This document shows positions 26,301 to 40,000 of a DNA stretch of 64,000 nucleotides, in pieces. The notes beneath the pieces are model-generated. The model had not been told where the DNA came from and searched no databases. It was given only the letters and a program-made list of their open reading frames with translations. Numbering within the stretch: position 1 is the first letter of the stretch; each line of letters opens with the position of its first letter. The DNA is taken from contig OZ024753.1 of assembly GCA_964016885.1 (NCBI GenBank), positions 24,056,001 through 24,120,000 of the forward strand, read 5' to 3'. This DNA is from Eledone cirrhosa. Its lineage: Eukaryota. Made by a program: the position numbers and the translations under genes.

Positions 26301-29300
26301 TTATGTCTGTGTTGTGTTGTATGTACTGCAATGTCTGTTGTTATGTCTCTGTTGTGTTGTATGTAGTGTAATGTCTGTTGTTATGTCTGTGTTGTGTGTA
26401 TTGTATATATGTTGTTATGACTGTATCGTGTGTATTATAATGACGGTTGTTATGTTTGTGTTATGTTGTGTGTATTGTAATGTCTGCTGTTATGTCTGCG
26501 TTGTGCGTATTTTAATGTCTGTTGTTATATCTGTGTTGTGTTGTGTGTATTGTATTGTCTGGTGTTATGTCTGTGTTATGTGTATTGTAATGTCTGTTGT
26601 TATGTCTGTGTTGTGTTGTGGTATGTATTGTAATGTCTGTTGTTATGTCTGTGTTGTGTTGCGGTGTGTATTGTAATGTCTGTTGTTATGTCTCTGTTGA
26701 GTTGTGTGTGTTGAAATATCTGTTGTTATGTCTGTGTTGTGTGTATTGTAATGGCTCTTGTAATGTCTGTTTTGTGTTGTATGTATTGCAATTTCTGTCC
26801 TCATTTCTATGTTGTGATGTATGTATTGTAATGTCTGTTGTTATGTCTGTGTTGTATGTATTGTAATGTCTGTTGTTATGTATATGTTGTATGTATTGTA
26901 ATGACTGTTGTTATGTCTATGTTGTGTTGTATTTAGTGTAATGTCTCTTGTTATGTCTGTGTTGTGTGTATTGTAATGTCAGTTGTTATGTCTGTGTTGT
27001 GTTGTATGTAGTGTAATGTCTGTTGTTATCTCTGTGTTTTTTCTATTGTAATGTCTGTTTTTATGACTGTATCGTGTGTATTGTAATGACGGTTGTTATG
27101 TATATGTTGTGTTGTGTGTGTTGAAATGCCTGTTGTTATGTCTGTGTTGTGTGTATTGTAATGGCTCTTGTTATGTCTGTGTTGTGTTGTATGTATTGCA
27201 ATTTCTGTCGTCATGTCTATGTTGTGATGTGTGTATTGAAATATCATTTGTTATGTCTGGGTTGTGTGTAGTGTAATGTCTGTTGTTATGTCTAACTTGT
27301 GTGGTGTATATTGTAATGTCTGTTGTTACGTCTGTGTTGTGTTGTGTGTATTGTAATGTCTGTTGTTATATGGGTTGTGTTGTGTGCATGTATTGTCTGG
27401 TGTTATGTCTCTGTTGTGTAGTGTGTATTGAAATGTCTGTTGTTATGTCTGTGTTGTGTGTATTGTAATGTCTGTGGTTATGTAAGTGTTGTGTTGTGTG
27501 CATTGTAATGTCTGTTGTTATGTCTAAATTGTGTTGTGTATATTGTAATGTATGTTGTTATGTCTGTTTTGTGTGTATTGTAATGACTCTTGTTATGTCT
27601 GTGTTGTGTTTTATGTATTGTAATTTCTGTTGTCATGTCTGTGTTTTGATGTGTGTATTGTAATGTATGTTGTTATGTCTGTGTTGTGTGTATCGTAATG
27701 TATGTTGTATTGTCTGTGTAGTGTTGTGATTTTTGTAATGTATGTTGTTATGTCTGTGTTTTATGTATTGTAATGTCTGTTGTTATGTCTGTGTTGTATG
27801 TATTGTAATGTGTGTTGTTATATCTGTGTTGTGTCTATTTTAATGTCTGTTGTTATGTCTGTGTTGTGAGTATTGTAATGGCTCTTCTTATGTCTGTGTT
27901 TTGTTGTATGTATTGCAATTTCTGTTGTCATGTCTATGTTGTGATGTGTGTATTGTAATATATGTTGTTATGTCTGGGTTGTGTGTATTGTAATGTCTGT
28001 TGTTATGTCTGTGTTGTGTTGTATTTATTTTAATGTATGTTATGTATGTGTTGTATGTAATGTAATGTCTGTTGTTATGTTTGTGTTGTTGTGTATGTAG
28101 TGTAATGTCTCTTGTTATGTCTGTGTTGTGTGTATTGTAATGTCAGTTGTTATGTCTGTGTTGTGTTGTATGTACTGCAATGTCTGTTGTTATGTCTCTG
28201 TTGTGTTGTATGTAGTGTAATGTCTGTTGTTATATCTGTGTTGTGTGTATTGTATATATGTTGTTATGACTGTATCGTGTGTATTATAATGACGGTTGTT
28301 ATGTTTGTGTTATGTTGTGTGTATTGTAATGTCTGCTGTTATGTCTGCGTTGTGCGTATTTTAATGTCTGTTGTTATATCTGTGTTGTGTTGTGTGTATT
28401 GTATTGTCTGGTGTTATGTCTGTGTTATGTGTATTGTAATGTCTGTTGTTATGTCTGTGTTGTGTTGTGGTATGTATTGTAATGTCTGTTGTTATGTCTC
28501 TGTTGTGTAGTGTGTATTGAAATGTCTGTTGTTATGTCTGTGTTGTGTGTATTGTAATGTCTGTGTTATGTCTGTGTTGTGTGTATTGTAATGTCTGTTG
28601 TTATGTCTGTGTTTTGTTGTGTGTATTGTAATGTCTGTTGTTATGTCTGTGTTGTGTTGCGGTGTGTATTGTAATGTCTGTTGTTATGTCTCTGTTGAGT
28701 TGTGTGTGTTGAAATATCTGTTGTTATGTCTGTGTTGTGTGTATTGTAATGGCTCTTGTAATGTCTGTTTTGTGTTGTATGTATTGCAATTTCTGTCCTC
28801 ATTTCTATGTTGTGATGTATGTATCGTAATGTCTTTTGTTATGTCTGGGGTGTGTGTATTGTAATGTCTATTGTTATGTCTCTGTTGTGTAGTGTGTATT
28901 GAAATATCTGTTGTTATGTCTGTGTTGTGTGTATTGTAATGTCTGCTGTTATGTCTGTGTTGTGTGTATTGTAATGTCTGTTGTAATGTCTGTGTTCTGT
29001 TGTGTTTTTTGTAATGTATGTTGTTATGTCTGTGTTGTATGTATTGTAATGTATGTTGTTATGTCTGTGTTGTATGTGTTGTAATGACTGTTGTTATGTC
29101 TGTGTTGTGTTGTATGTAGTGTAATGTCTCTTGTTATATGTGTTGTTTGTATTGTATTGACTGGTATTATGTCGGTGTTGTGTGCATTGTAATAACTGTT
29201 GTTATGTCTGTGTTGTGTTGTGGTGTGTATTGTAATATCTGTTGTTATGTATCTGTTGTGTTGTGTGTGTTGAAATGTATGTTGTTATGTCTCTGTTGTG

Positions 29301-29960
29301 TTGAGTGTGTTGAAATGTCTGTTGTTATGTCTGTGTTGTGAGTATTGTAATGGCTCTTGTTATGTCTGTGTTTTGTTGTATGTATTGCAATTTCTGTTGT
29401 CATGTCTATGTTGTGATGTGTGTATTGTAATATATGTTGTTATGTCTGGGTTGTGTGTATTGTAATGTCTGTTGTTATGTCTGTGTTGTGTTGTATTTAT
29501 TTTAATGTATGTTATGTATGTGTTGTATGTAATGTAATGTCTGTTGTTATGTTTGTGTTGTTGTGTATGTAGTGTAATGTCTCTTGTTATGTCTGTGTTG
29601 TGTGTATTGTAATGTCAGTTGTTATGTCTGTGTTGTGTTGTATGTACTGCAATGTCTGTTGTTATGTCTCTGTTGTGTTGTATGTAGTGTAATGTCTGTT
29701 GTTATGTCTGTGTTGTGTGTATTGTATATATGTTGTTATGACTGTATCGTGTGTATTATAATGACGGTTGTTATGTTTGTGTTATGTTGTGTGTATTGTA
29801 ATGTCTGCTGTTATGTCTGCGTTGTGCGTATTTTAATGTCTGTTGTTATATCTGTGTTGTGTTGTGTGTATTGTATTGTCTGGTGTTATGTCTGTGTTAT
29901 GTGTATTGTAATGTCTGTTGTTATGTCTGTGTTGTGTTGTGGTATGTATTGTAATGTCTG
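23320..29960 (+). repeat. Two near-identical tandem copies of a 3321/3322-bp higher-order unit
   Basis: Offsets are 23704/27026 (3322) and 24791/28112, 25277/28598, 25817/29138 (3321). A 1-bp deletion at ~27389 relative to ~24067 explains the shift. Confidence 0.92.
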
Positions 29961-30800
29961 TTGTTATGTCTCTGTTGTGTAGTGTGTATTGAAATGTCTG
30001 TTGTTATGTCTGTGTTGTGTGTATTGTAATGTCTGTGTTATGTCTGTGTTGTGTGTATTGTAATGTCTGTTGTTATGTCTGTGTTTTGTTGTGTGTATTG
30101 TAATGTCTGTTGTTATGTCTGTGTTGTGTTGCGGTGTGTATTGTAATGTCTGTTGTTATGTCTCTGTTGAGTTGTGTGTGTTGAAATATCTGTTGTTATG
30201 TCTGTGTTGTGTGTATTGTAATGGCTCTTGTAATGTCTGTTTTGTGTTGTATGTTTTGCAATTTCTGTCCTCATTTCTATTTTGTGATGTATGTATCGTA
30301 ATGTCTTTTGTTATGTCTGGGGTGTGTGTATTGTAATGTCTATTGTTATGTCTCTGTTGTGTAGTGTGTATTGAAATATCTGTTGTTATGTCTGTGTTGT
30401 GTGTATTGTAATGTCTGCTGTTATGTCTGTGTTGTGTGTATTGTAATGTCTGTTGTAATGTCTGTGTTCTGTTGTGTTTTTTGTAATGTATGTTGTTATG
30501 TCTGTGTTGTATGTATTGTAATGTATGTTGTTATGTCTGTGTTGTATGTGTTGTAATGACTGTTGTTATGTCTGAGTTGTGTTGTATGTAGTGTAATGTC
30601 TCTTGTTATATGTGTTGTTTGTATTGTATTGACTGGTATTATGTCGGTGTTGTGTGCATTGTAATAACTGTTGTTATGTCTGTGTTGTGTTGTGGTGTGT
30701 ATTGTAATATCTGTTGTTATGTATCTGTTGTGTTGTGTGTGTTGAAATGTATGTTGTTATGTCTCTGTTGTGTTGAGTGTGTTGAAATGTATGTTGTTAT
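27860..30800 (+). repeat. Tandem 1472-bp higher-order unit (also seen at 24791/26263 and 50547/52019)
   Basis: Offsets 28112/29584, 28598/30070, 28899/30371 and 29138/30610 all equal 1472. The GTGAGTATTG marker occurs at ~27866 and ~29338. Confidence 0.9.
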
Positions 30801-33800
30801 GTCTGTGTTGTGTGTATTGTAATGGCTCTTGTTATGTCTGTGTTGTGTTGTATGTATTGCAATTTCTGTTGTCATGTCTATGTAGTGATGTGTGTATTGT
30901 AATATCTGTTGTTATGTCTGGGTTGTGTGTAATGTAATGTCTATTGTTATGTCTGTGTTGTATATATTGTAATGTCTGTTGTTATGTCTGTGTTGTATGT
31001 ATTGTAATGTCTGTTTTCTCTTTTGTGTATTGTAATGTCAGTTGTTATGTCTGTGTTGTGTTGTATGTATTGTAATGTCTGTTGTTATGTCTCTGTTGTG
31101 TTGTGTGTGTTGAAATGTATGTTGTTATGTCTGTGTTGTGTGTATTGTAATGGCTCTTTTTATGTCTGTGTTGTGTTGTATGTATTGCAATTTCTGTTGT
31201 CATGTCTATGTTGTGATGTGTGTATTGTAATATCTGTTGTTATGTCTGGGTTGTGTGTATTGTAATGTCTGTTGTTATGTCTGTGTTGTGTTGTATCTAT
31301 TTTAATGTATGTTGTTATGTCTGTGTTGTGTTGTATGTACTGCAATGTCTGTTGTTACGTCTCTGTTGTGTTGTATGTAGTGTAATGTCTGTTGTTATGA
31401 CTGTATCGTGTGTATTGTAATGACGGTTGTTATGTTTGTGTTGTGTTGTGCGTATTTTAATGTCTGTTGTTATGTTTGTGTTATGTTGTATGTACTGTAA
31501 TGTTTGTTGTTATGTCTGTGTTGTATGTATTGTAATTTCTGTTGTTATGTCTGTGTTGTGTTGTGTGTACTGTAATGTCTGTTGTTATATATGTGTTGTG
31601 TTGTATGTATTGTATTGTCTGGTGTTATGTCTGTGTTATGAGTATTGTAATGTCTGTTGTTATGTCTGTGTTGTGTTGTGGTATGTATTGTAATGTCTGT
31701 TGTTATATCTCTGTTGTGTAGTGTGTATTGAAATGTCTGTTGTTATGTCTGTGTTGTGTGTATTGTAATGTCTGCTGTTATGTCTGTGTTGTGTGTATTG
31801 TAATGTCTGTTGTTATGTCTGTGTTTTGTTGTATGTATTGTAATGTCTGTTGTTATGTCTGTGTTGTGGTGTGTATTGTAATGTCTGTTGTTATGTCTGT
31901 GTTCTGTTGTATGTATTGCAATTTCTGTTCTCATGTCTATGTTGTGATGTGTGTATTGTAATGTCTTTTGTTAGGTCTGGGGTGTGTGTATTGTAATGTG
32001 TGTTGTTATATCTGTGTTGTGTTGTATCTATTTTAATGTATATGGTTATGTCTGTGTTGTGTTGTATGTAATGTAATGTCTGTTGTTATGTCTGTGTTGT
32101 ATGTAGTGCAATGTCAGTTGCTATGTCGGTGTTGTGTTGTATGTACTGTAATGTCTGTTGTTATGTCTCTGTTGTGTTGTATGTAGTGTAATGTCTGTTG
32201 TTATGTCTGTGTTGTGTGTATTGTAATGTCTGTTGTTATGACTGTATCGTGTGTATTGTAATGACGGTTGTTATGTTTATATTGTATTGTGTGTATTGTA
32301 ATGTCTGCTGTTATGTCTGCGTTGTGCGTATTTTAATGTCTGTTGTTATGTCTATGCTGTATGTACTTTAATGTATATCGTTATGTCAGTGTAGTGTGTA
32401 TCGTAATGTCTGTTGTTATGTTTGTGTTATGTTGTATGTACTGTAATGTATGTTGTTATGTCTGTGTTGTGTTATTGTAATGTCTGTTGTTATGTCTGTG
32501 TTGTGTTGTGTATATTGTAATGTATGTTGTTATGTCTGTGTTGTGTTGTGTGTATTGTAATGTCTGTTGTTATATGGGTTGTGTTGTGTGTATTGTATTG
32601 TCTGGTGTTATGTCTGTGTTGTGTGTATTGTAATGTCTGTTGTTATGTCTGTTTTGTTGTATGTATTGTAATGTCTGTTGTTATGACTGTGTTGTGTTGT
32701 GGTATGTACTGTAATGTCTGTTGTTATATCTGTGTTGTATGTATTGTAATGTATGTGGTTATGTAAGTGTTGTGTTGTGTGCATTGTAATATCTGTTGTT
32801 ATGTCTAAATTATGTTGTGTATATTGTAATGTCTGTTGTTATGTCTGTGTTGTGTGTATTGTAATGACTCTTGTTATGTCTGTGTTGTGTTTTATGTATT
32901 GTAGTTTCTGTTGTCATGTCTGTGTTTTGATGTGTGTATTGTAATGTCTGTTGTTACGTCTGCGTTGTGTGTATTGTAATGTATGTTGTAATGTCTGTGT
33001 AGTGTTGTGTTTTTTGTAATGTATGTTGTTATGTCTGTGTTGTAGGTATTGTAATGTGTGTTGTTATATCTGTGTTGTGTCTATTTTAATGTCTGTTGTT
33101 ATGTCTGTGTTGTGTTTTATGTAATGTAATGTCTGTTGTTATGTCTGTGTTGTGTTGTATGTAGTGTAATGTATTTTGTTATGTCTGTGTTGTTTGTATT
33201 GTATTGACTGGTATTATGTCTGTGTTGTGTGCATTGTAACGTCTGTTGTTATGTGTGTGTTGTATATATGTTAATGTATATTGTTATGTCTCTGTTCTGT
33301 TGTGGGTATTGTAATGTCTGTTGTTATGTCTCTGTTGTTTAGTGTGTATTGAAATGTCTGTTGTTATGCTGTGTTGTGTGTATTTTAATGTCTGCTGTTA
33401 TGTCTGTGTTGTGTGTATTGTAATGTCTGTTGTTATGTCTGTGTTTTGTTGTATGTATTGTAATGTCTGTTGTTATGTCTGTGTTGTGTTGTGTGTATTG
33501 TATTGTCATGTGTTATGTCTGTGTTATGTGTATTGTAATATCTTTTGTTATGTCTGTGTTGTGTTGTGGTATATATTGTAATGTCTTTTGTTATGTCTCT
33601 GTTGTGTAGTGTGTATTGAAATGTCTGTTGTTATGCTGCGTTGTGTGTATTGTAATGTCTGCTGTTATGTCTGCGTTGCGTGTATTGTAATGGCTCTTGT
33701 TATGTCTGTGTTTTGTTGTATGTATCGTAATGTCTGTTGTTATGTCTGTGTTGTGTTGTGGTGTGTATTGTAATGTCTGTTGTTATGTATCTGTTGAGTT

Positions 33801-36800
33801 GTGTGTGTTGAAATGTCTGTTGTTATGTCTGTGTTGTGTGTATTGTAATGGCTCTAGGAATGTCTGTGTTGTGTTGTATGTATTGCAATTTCTCTTCTCA
33901 CGTCTATGTTGTGATGTATGTATTGTAATGTCTTTTGTTATGTCTGGGGTGTGTGTATTGTAATGTCTATTGTTATGTCTCTGTTGTGTAGTGTGTATTG
34001 AAATGTCTGTTGTTATGTCTGTGTTGTGTGTATTGTAATTTCTGTTGTTATGTCTGTGTTCTGTTGTGTTTTTTGTAATGTATGTTGTTATGTCTGTGTT
34101 GTATGTATTGTAATGTATGTTGTTATGTCTGTGTTGTATGTGTTGTAATGACTGTTGTTATGTCTGTGTTGTGTTGTATGTAGTGTAATGTCTCTTGTTA
34201 TATGTGTTGTTTGTATTGTATTGACTGGTATTATGTCGGTGTTGTGTCCATTGTAATAACTGCTGTTATGTCTGTGTTGTGTTGTGGTGTGTATTGTAAT
34301 GTCTGTTGTTATGTCTCTGTTGTGTTGTGTGTGTTGAAATGTATGTTGTTATGTCTCTGCTGTGTTGAGTTTGTTGAAATGTATGTTGTTATGTCTGTGT
34401 TGTGTGTATTGTAATGGCTCTTGTTATGTCTGTGTTGTGTTGTATGTATTGCAATTTCTGTTGTCATGTCTATGTTGTGATGTGTGTATTGTAATATCTG
34501 TTGTTATGTCTGGGTTGTGTGTATTGTAATGTCTATTGTTATTTCTGTGTTGTATGTATTGTAATGTCTGTTGTTATGTCTGTTTTCTCTTTTGTGTATT
34601 GTAATGTCAGTTGTTATGTCTGTGTTGTGTTGTATGTATTGTAATGTCTGTTGTTATGTCTCTGTTGTGTTGTGTGTGTTGAAATGTATGTTGTTATGTC
34701 AGTGTTGTGTGTATTGTAATGGCTCTTGTTATGTCTGTGTTGTGTTGTATGTATTGCAATTTCTGTTGTCATGTCTATGTTGTGATGTGTCTATTGTAAT
34801 ATCTGTTGTTATGTCTGGGTTGTGTGCATTGTAATGTCTGTTGTTATGTCTGTGTTGTGTTGTATCTATTTTAATGTATGTTGTTATGTCTGTGTTGTGT
34901 TGTATGTACTGCAATGTCTGTTGTTATGTCTCTGTTGTATTGTATGTAGTGTAATGTCTGTTGTTATGACTGTACCGTGTGTATTGTAATGACGTTTGTT
35001 ATGTTTGTGTTGTGTTGTGCGTATTTTAATGTCTGTTGTTATGTCTATGCTGTGTGTACTTTAATGTATGTCGTTATATCTGTGTTGTGTTGTGTGTATT
35101 GTAGTGTCTGTTGTTATGTTTGTGTTATGTTGTATGTACTGTAATGTTTGTTGTTATGTCTGTGTTGTATGTATTGTAATGTCTGGTGTTATGTCTGTGT
35201 TATGAGTATTGTAATGTATGTTGTTATGTCTGTGTTGTGTTGTGGTATGTATGGCAATGTCTGTTGTTATATCTCTGTTGTGTAGTGTGTATTGAAATGT
35301 CTGTTGTTATGTCTGTGTTGTGTGTATTGTAATGGCTGCTGTTATGTCTGTGTTGTGTGTATTGTAATGTCTGTTGTTATGTCTGTGTTTTGTTGTATGT
35401 ATTGTAATGTCTGTTGTTATGTCTGTGTTGTGGTGTGTATTGTAATGTCTGTTGTTATGTCTCTGTTGAGTTGTATGTATTGCAATTTCTGTTCTCATGT
35501 CTATGTTGTGATGTGTGTATTGTAATGTCTTTTGTTATGTCTGGGGTGTGTGTATTGTAATGTGTGTTGTTATATCTGTGTTGTGTTGTATCTATTTTAA
35601 TGTATATGGTTATGTCTGTGTTGTGTTGTATGTAATGTAATGTCTGTTGTTATGTCTGTGTTGTATGTAGTGTAATGTCTGTTGTGATGTCTGTGTTGTG
35701 TGTATTGTAATGTCAGTTGCTATGTCGGTGTTGTGTTGTATGTACTGTAATGTCTGTTGTTATGTCTCTGTTGTGTTGTATGTAGTGTAATGTCTGTTGT
35801 TATGTCTGTGTTGTGTGTATTGTAATGTCTGTTGTTATGACTGTATCGTGTGTATTGTAATGACGGTTGTTAAGTTTATATTGTATTGTGTGTATTGTAA
35901 TGTCTGCTTTTATGTCTGCGTTGTGCATATTTTAATGTCTGTTGTTATGTCTATGCTGTGTGTACTTTAATGTATATTGTTATGTCTGTGTAGTGTGTAT
36001 TGTAATGTATGTTGTTATGTTTGTGTTATGTTGTATGTACTGTAATGTATGTTGTTATGTCTGTGTTGTGTGTATTGTAATGTCTGTTGTTATGTCTGTG
36101 TTGTGTTGTGTATATTGTAATGTATGTTGTTATGTCTGTGTTGTGTTGTGTGTATTGTAATGTCTGTTGTTATATGGGTTGTGTTGTGTGTATTGTATTG
36201 TCTGGTGTTATGTCTGTGTTGTGTGTATTGTAATGTCTGTTGTTATGTCTGAGTTTTGTTGTATGTATTGTAATGTCTGTGGTTATGTAAGTGTTGTGTT
36301 GTGTGCATTGTAATATCTGTTGTTATGTCTAAATTGTGTTGTGTATATTGTAATGTCTGTTGTTATGTCTGTGTTGTGTGTATTGTAATGACTCTTGTTA
36401 TGTCTGTGTTGTGTTTTATGTATTGTAGTTTCTGTTGTCATGTCTGTGTTTTTATGTGTGTATTGTAATGTCTGTTGTTATGTCTGCGTTGTGTGTATTG
36501 TAATGTATGTTGTAATGTCTGTGTAGTGTTGTGTTTTTTGTAATGTATGTTGTTATGTCTGTGTTGTATGTAGAGTAATGTATGTTGTTATGTCTGTGTT
36601 GTGTTTTATGTAATGTAATGTCTGTTGTTATCTCTGTGTTGTGTTGTATGTAGTGTAATGTATTTTGTTATGTCTGTGTTGTTTGTATTGTATTGACTGG
36701 TATTATGTCTGTGTTGTGTGCATTGTAACGTCTGTTGTTATGTGTGTGTTGTATATATGTTAATGTATATTGTTATGTCTCTGTTCTGTTGTGTGTATTG

Positions 36801-37000
36801 TAATGTCTGTTGTTATGTCTCTGTTGTTTAGTGTGTATTGAAATGTCTGTTGTTATGCTGTGTTGTGTGTATTTTAATGTCTGTTGTTATGTCTGTGTTG
36901 TGTGTATTGTAATGTCTGTTGTTATGTCTGTGTTGGGTTGTGGTGCGTATTGTAATGTATGTTGTTATGTCTCTGTTGTGATGTGTGTATTGTAATGTTT
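30100..37000 (+). repeat. Two diverged copies of a ~3.5-3.6 kb higher-order unit
   Basis: Offsets are 30610/34202 (3592), 31160/34729 (3569), 31728/35292 (3564) and 33321/36810 (3489). The private variant GTTTTCTCTTTTG occurs at ~31013 and ~34582. Confidence 0.82.
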
Positions 37001-40000
37001 TTTATTATGTCTGGGGTGTGTGTATTGTAATGTCTGTTGTTATGTCTGTGTTGTGTTTTGTTTTTATAATGTATGTTGTTATGTCTGTGTTGTATGTATT
37101 GTAAAGTCTGTTTTTATATCTGTGTTGTGTTGTATCTATTTTAATGTATGTTGTTATGTCTGTGTTGTGTTGTATGTACTGTAATGTCTGTTGTTATGTC
37201 TCTGCTGTGTTGTATGTAGTGTAGTGTCTGTTGTTATGTCTGTGTTGTGTGTATTGTAATGTGTCTGTATCGTGTGTATTGTAATGATGGTTGTTATGTT
37301 TGTGTTGTATTGTGAGTATTGTAATGTCTGCTGTTATGTCTGCGTAGTGCGTATTTTAATGTCTGTTGTTATGTCTATGCTGTGCGTACTTTAATGTATG
37401 TCGTTATATCTGCGTTGTATGTATTTTAATGTATATTGTTAAGTCTGTGTTGTGTGCATTGTAATGTCTGTTGTTATGTTTGTGTTATGTTGTATGTACT
37501 GTAATGTAAGTTGTTATGTCTGTGTTGTGTGTATTGTAATGTCTGTTGTTATGTCTGTGTTGTGTTGTGTATATTGTAATGTATTTTGTTATGTCTTTGT
37601 TGTGTTGTGTGTATTGTATTGTCTGGTGTTATGTCTGTGTTGTGTTGTGTGTATTGTCTGGTGGTGTTATGTCTGTGTTTTTTTTGTATGTATTGTAATG
37701 TATGTTGTTATGTCTGTGTTGTGTTGTGGTATGTATTGTAATGTCTGTTGTTATGTCTCTATTGTGTAGTGTGTATTGAAATGTCTGTTGTTATGTCTGT
37801 TTTGTGTGTATTGTAATATCTGTGGTTATGTAAGTGTTGTGTTGTGTGCATTGTAATATCTGTTGTTATGTCTAAATTGTGTTGTGTATATTGTAATGTC
37901 TGTTGTTATGTCTGTGTTGTGTGTATTGTAATGACTCTTGTTATGTCTGTGTTGTGTTTTATGTATTGTAGTTTCTGTTGTCATGTCTGTGTTTTGATGT
38001 GTGTATTGTAATGTATGTTGTTATGTCTGCGTTGTGTGTATTGTAATGTATGTTGTAATGTCTGTGTAGTGTTGTGTTTTTTGTAATGTATGTTGTTATG
38101 TCTGTGTTGTATGTATTGTAATGTATGTTGTTATATCTGTGTTGTGTCTATTTTAATGTCTGTTGTTATGTCTGTGTTGTGTTTTATGTAATGTAATGTC
38201 TGTTGTTATGTCTGTGTTGTGTTGTATGTAGTGTAATGTATTTTGTTATGTCTGTGTTGTTTGTATTGTATTGACTGGTATTATGTCTGTGTCGTGTGCA
38301 TTGTAACGTCTGTTGTTGTGTGTGTGTTGTATATATGTTAATGTATATTGTTATGTCTCTGTTCTGTTGTGTGTATTGTAATGTCTGTTGTTATGTCTCT
38401 GTTGTTTAGTGTGTATTGAAATGTCTGTTGTTATGCTGTGTTGTGTGTATTTTAATGTCTGCTCTTATGTCTGTGTTGTGTGTATTGTAATGTCTGTTGT
38501 TATGTCTGTGTTGTGTTGTGGTGCGTATTGTAATGTATGTTGTTATGTCTCTGTTGTGATGTGTGTATTGTAATGTTTTTTTATTATGTCTGGGGTGTGT
38601 GTATTGTAATGTCTGTTGTTATATTTGTGCTGTGTTGTATCTATTTTAATGTATGTTGTTATGTCTGTGTTGTGTTGTATGTAATGTAATGTCTGTGTTG
38701 TGTTGTATGTAGTGTAATGTCTGCTGTTATGTCTGCGTTGTGCGTATTTTAATGTCTGTTGTTATGTCTATACTGTATCCGCTTTAATGTCTGTGTTGTG
38801 TTGTATGTATTTTAATGTCTGTTGTTAAGCTTGTGTTATGTTGTATGTACTGTAATGTATGTTGTTATGTCTGTGTTGTGTGTATTGTAATGTCTGCTGT
38901 TATGTCTGTGTTGTGTGTATTGTAATGTCTGTTGTTATGTCTGTGTTTTTTTGTATGTATTGTAATGTCTGTTGTTATGTCTGTGTTGTGTTGTGGTGCG
39001 TATTGTAATGTCTGTTGTTATGTCTCTGTTGTGATGTGTGTATTGTAATGTCTTTTGTTATGTCTGGGGTGTGTGTATTGTAATGTCTGTTGTTATGTCT
39101 GTGTTGTATTTTGTTTTTTGTAATGTATGTTGTTATGTCTGTGTTGTATATATTGTAATGTCTGTTGTTATATTTGTGTTGTGTTGTATCTATTTTAATG
39201 CATGTTGTTATGTCTGTGTTGTGTTGTATGTAATGTAATGACTGTGTTGTGTTGTATGTAGTGTAATGTCTGTTGTTATGTCTGTGTTGTGTGTATTGTA
39301 ATGTCAGTTGTTATGTAAGCGTTGTGATGTATGTACTGTAATGTCTGTTGTTATGTCTCTGTTGTGTTCTATGTAGTGTAATGTCTGTTGTTATGTCTGT
39401 GTTGTGTGTATTGTAATGTCTGTTTTTTATGACTTTATCGTGTGTATTGTAATGACGGTTGTTATGTTTGTGTTGTATTGTGAGTATTGTAATGTCTGCT
39501 GTTACGTCTGCGTTGTGCGTATTTTAATGTCTGTTGTTATGTCAATGCTGTGCGTATTTTAATGTATGTCGTTATGTCTGTGTTGTATGTATTTTAATGT
39601 ATATTGTTATGTCTGTGTTGTGTGCATTGTAATGTCTGTTGTTATGTTTGTGGTATGTTGTATGTACTGTAATGTATGTTGTTATGTCTGTGTTGTGTGT
39701 ATTGTAATGTATGTTGTTATGTCTGTGTTGTGTGTATGTAATGTCTGTGGTTATGTAAGTGTTGTGTTGTGTGCATTGTAATGTCTGTTGTTATGTCTAA
39801 ATTGTGTTGTGTATATTGTAATGTCTGTTGTTACGTCTGTGTTGTGTTGTGTGTATTGTAATGTCTACTGTTATATGGGTTGTGTTGTGTGTATTGTATT
39901 GTCTGGTGTTATGTCTCTGTTGTGTAGTGTGTATTGAAATGTCTGTTGTTATGTCTGAGTTGTGTGTATTGTAATGTCTGTGGTTATGTAAGTGTTGTGT

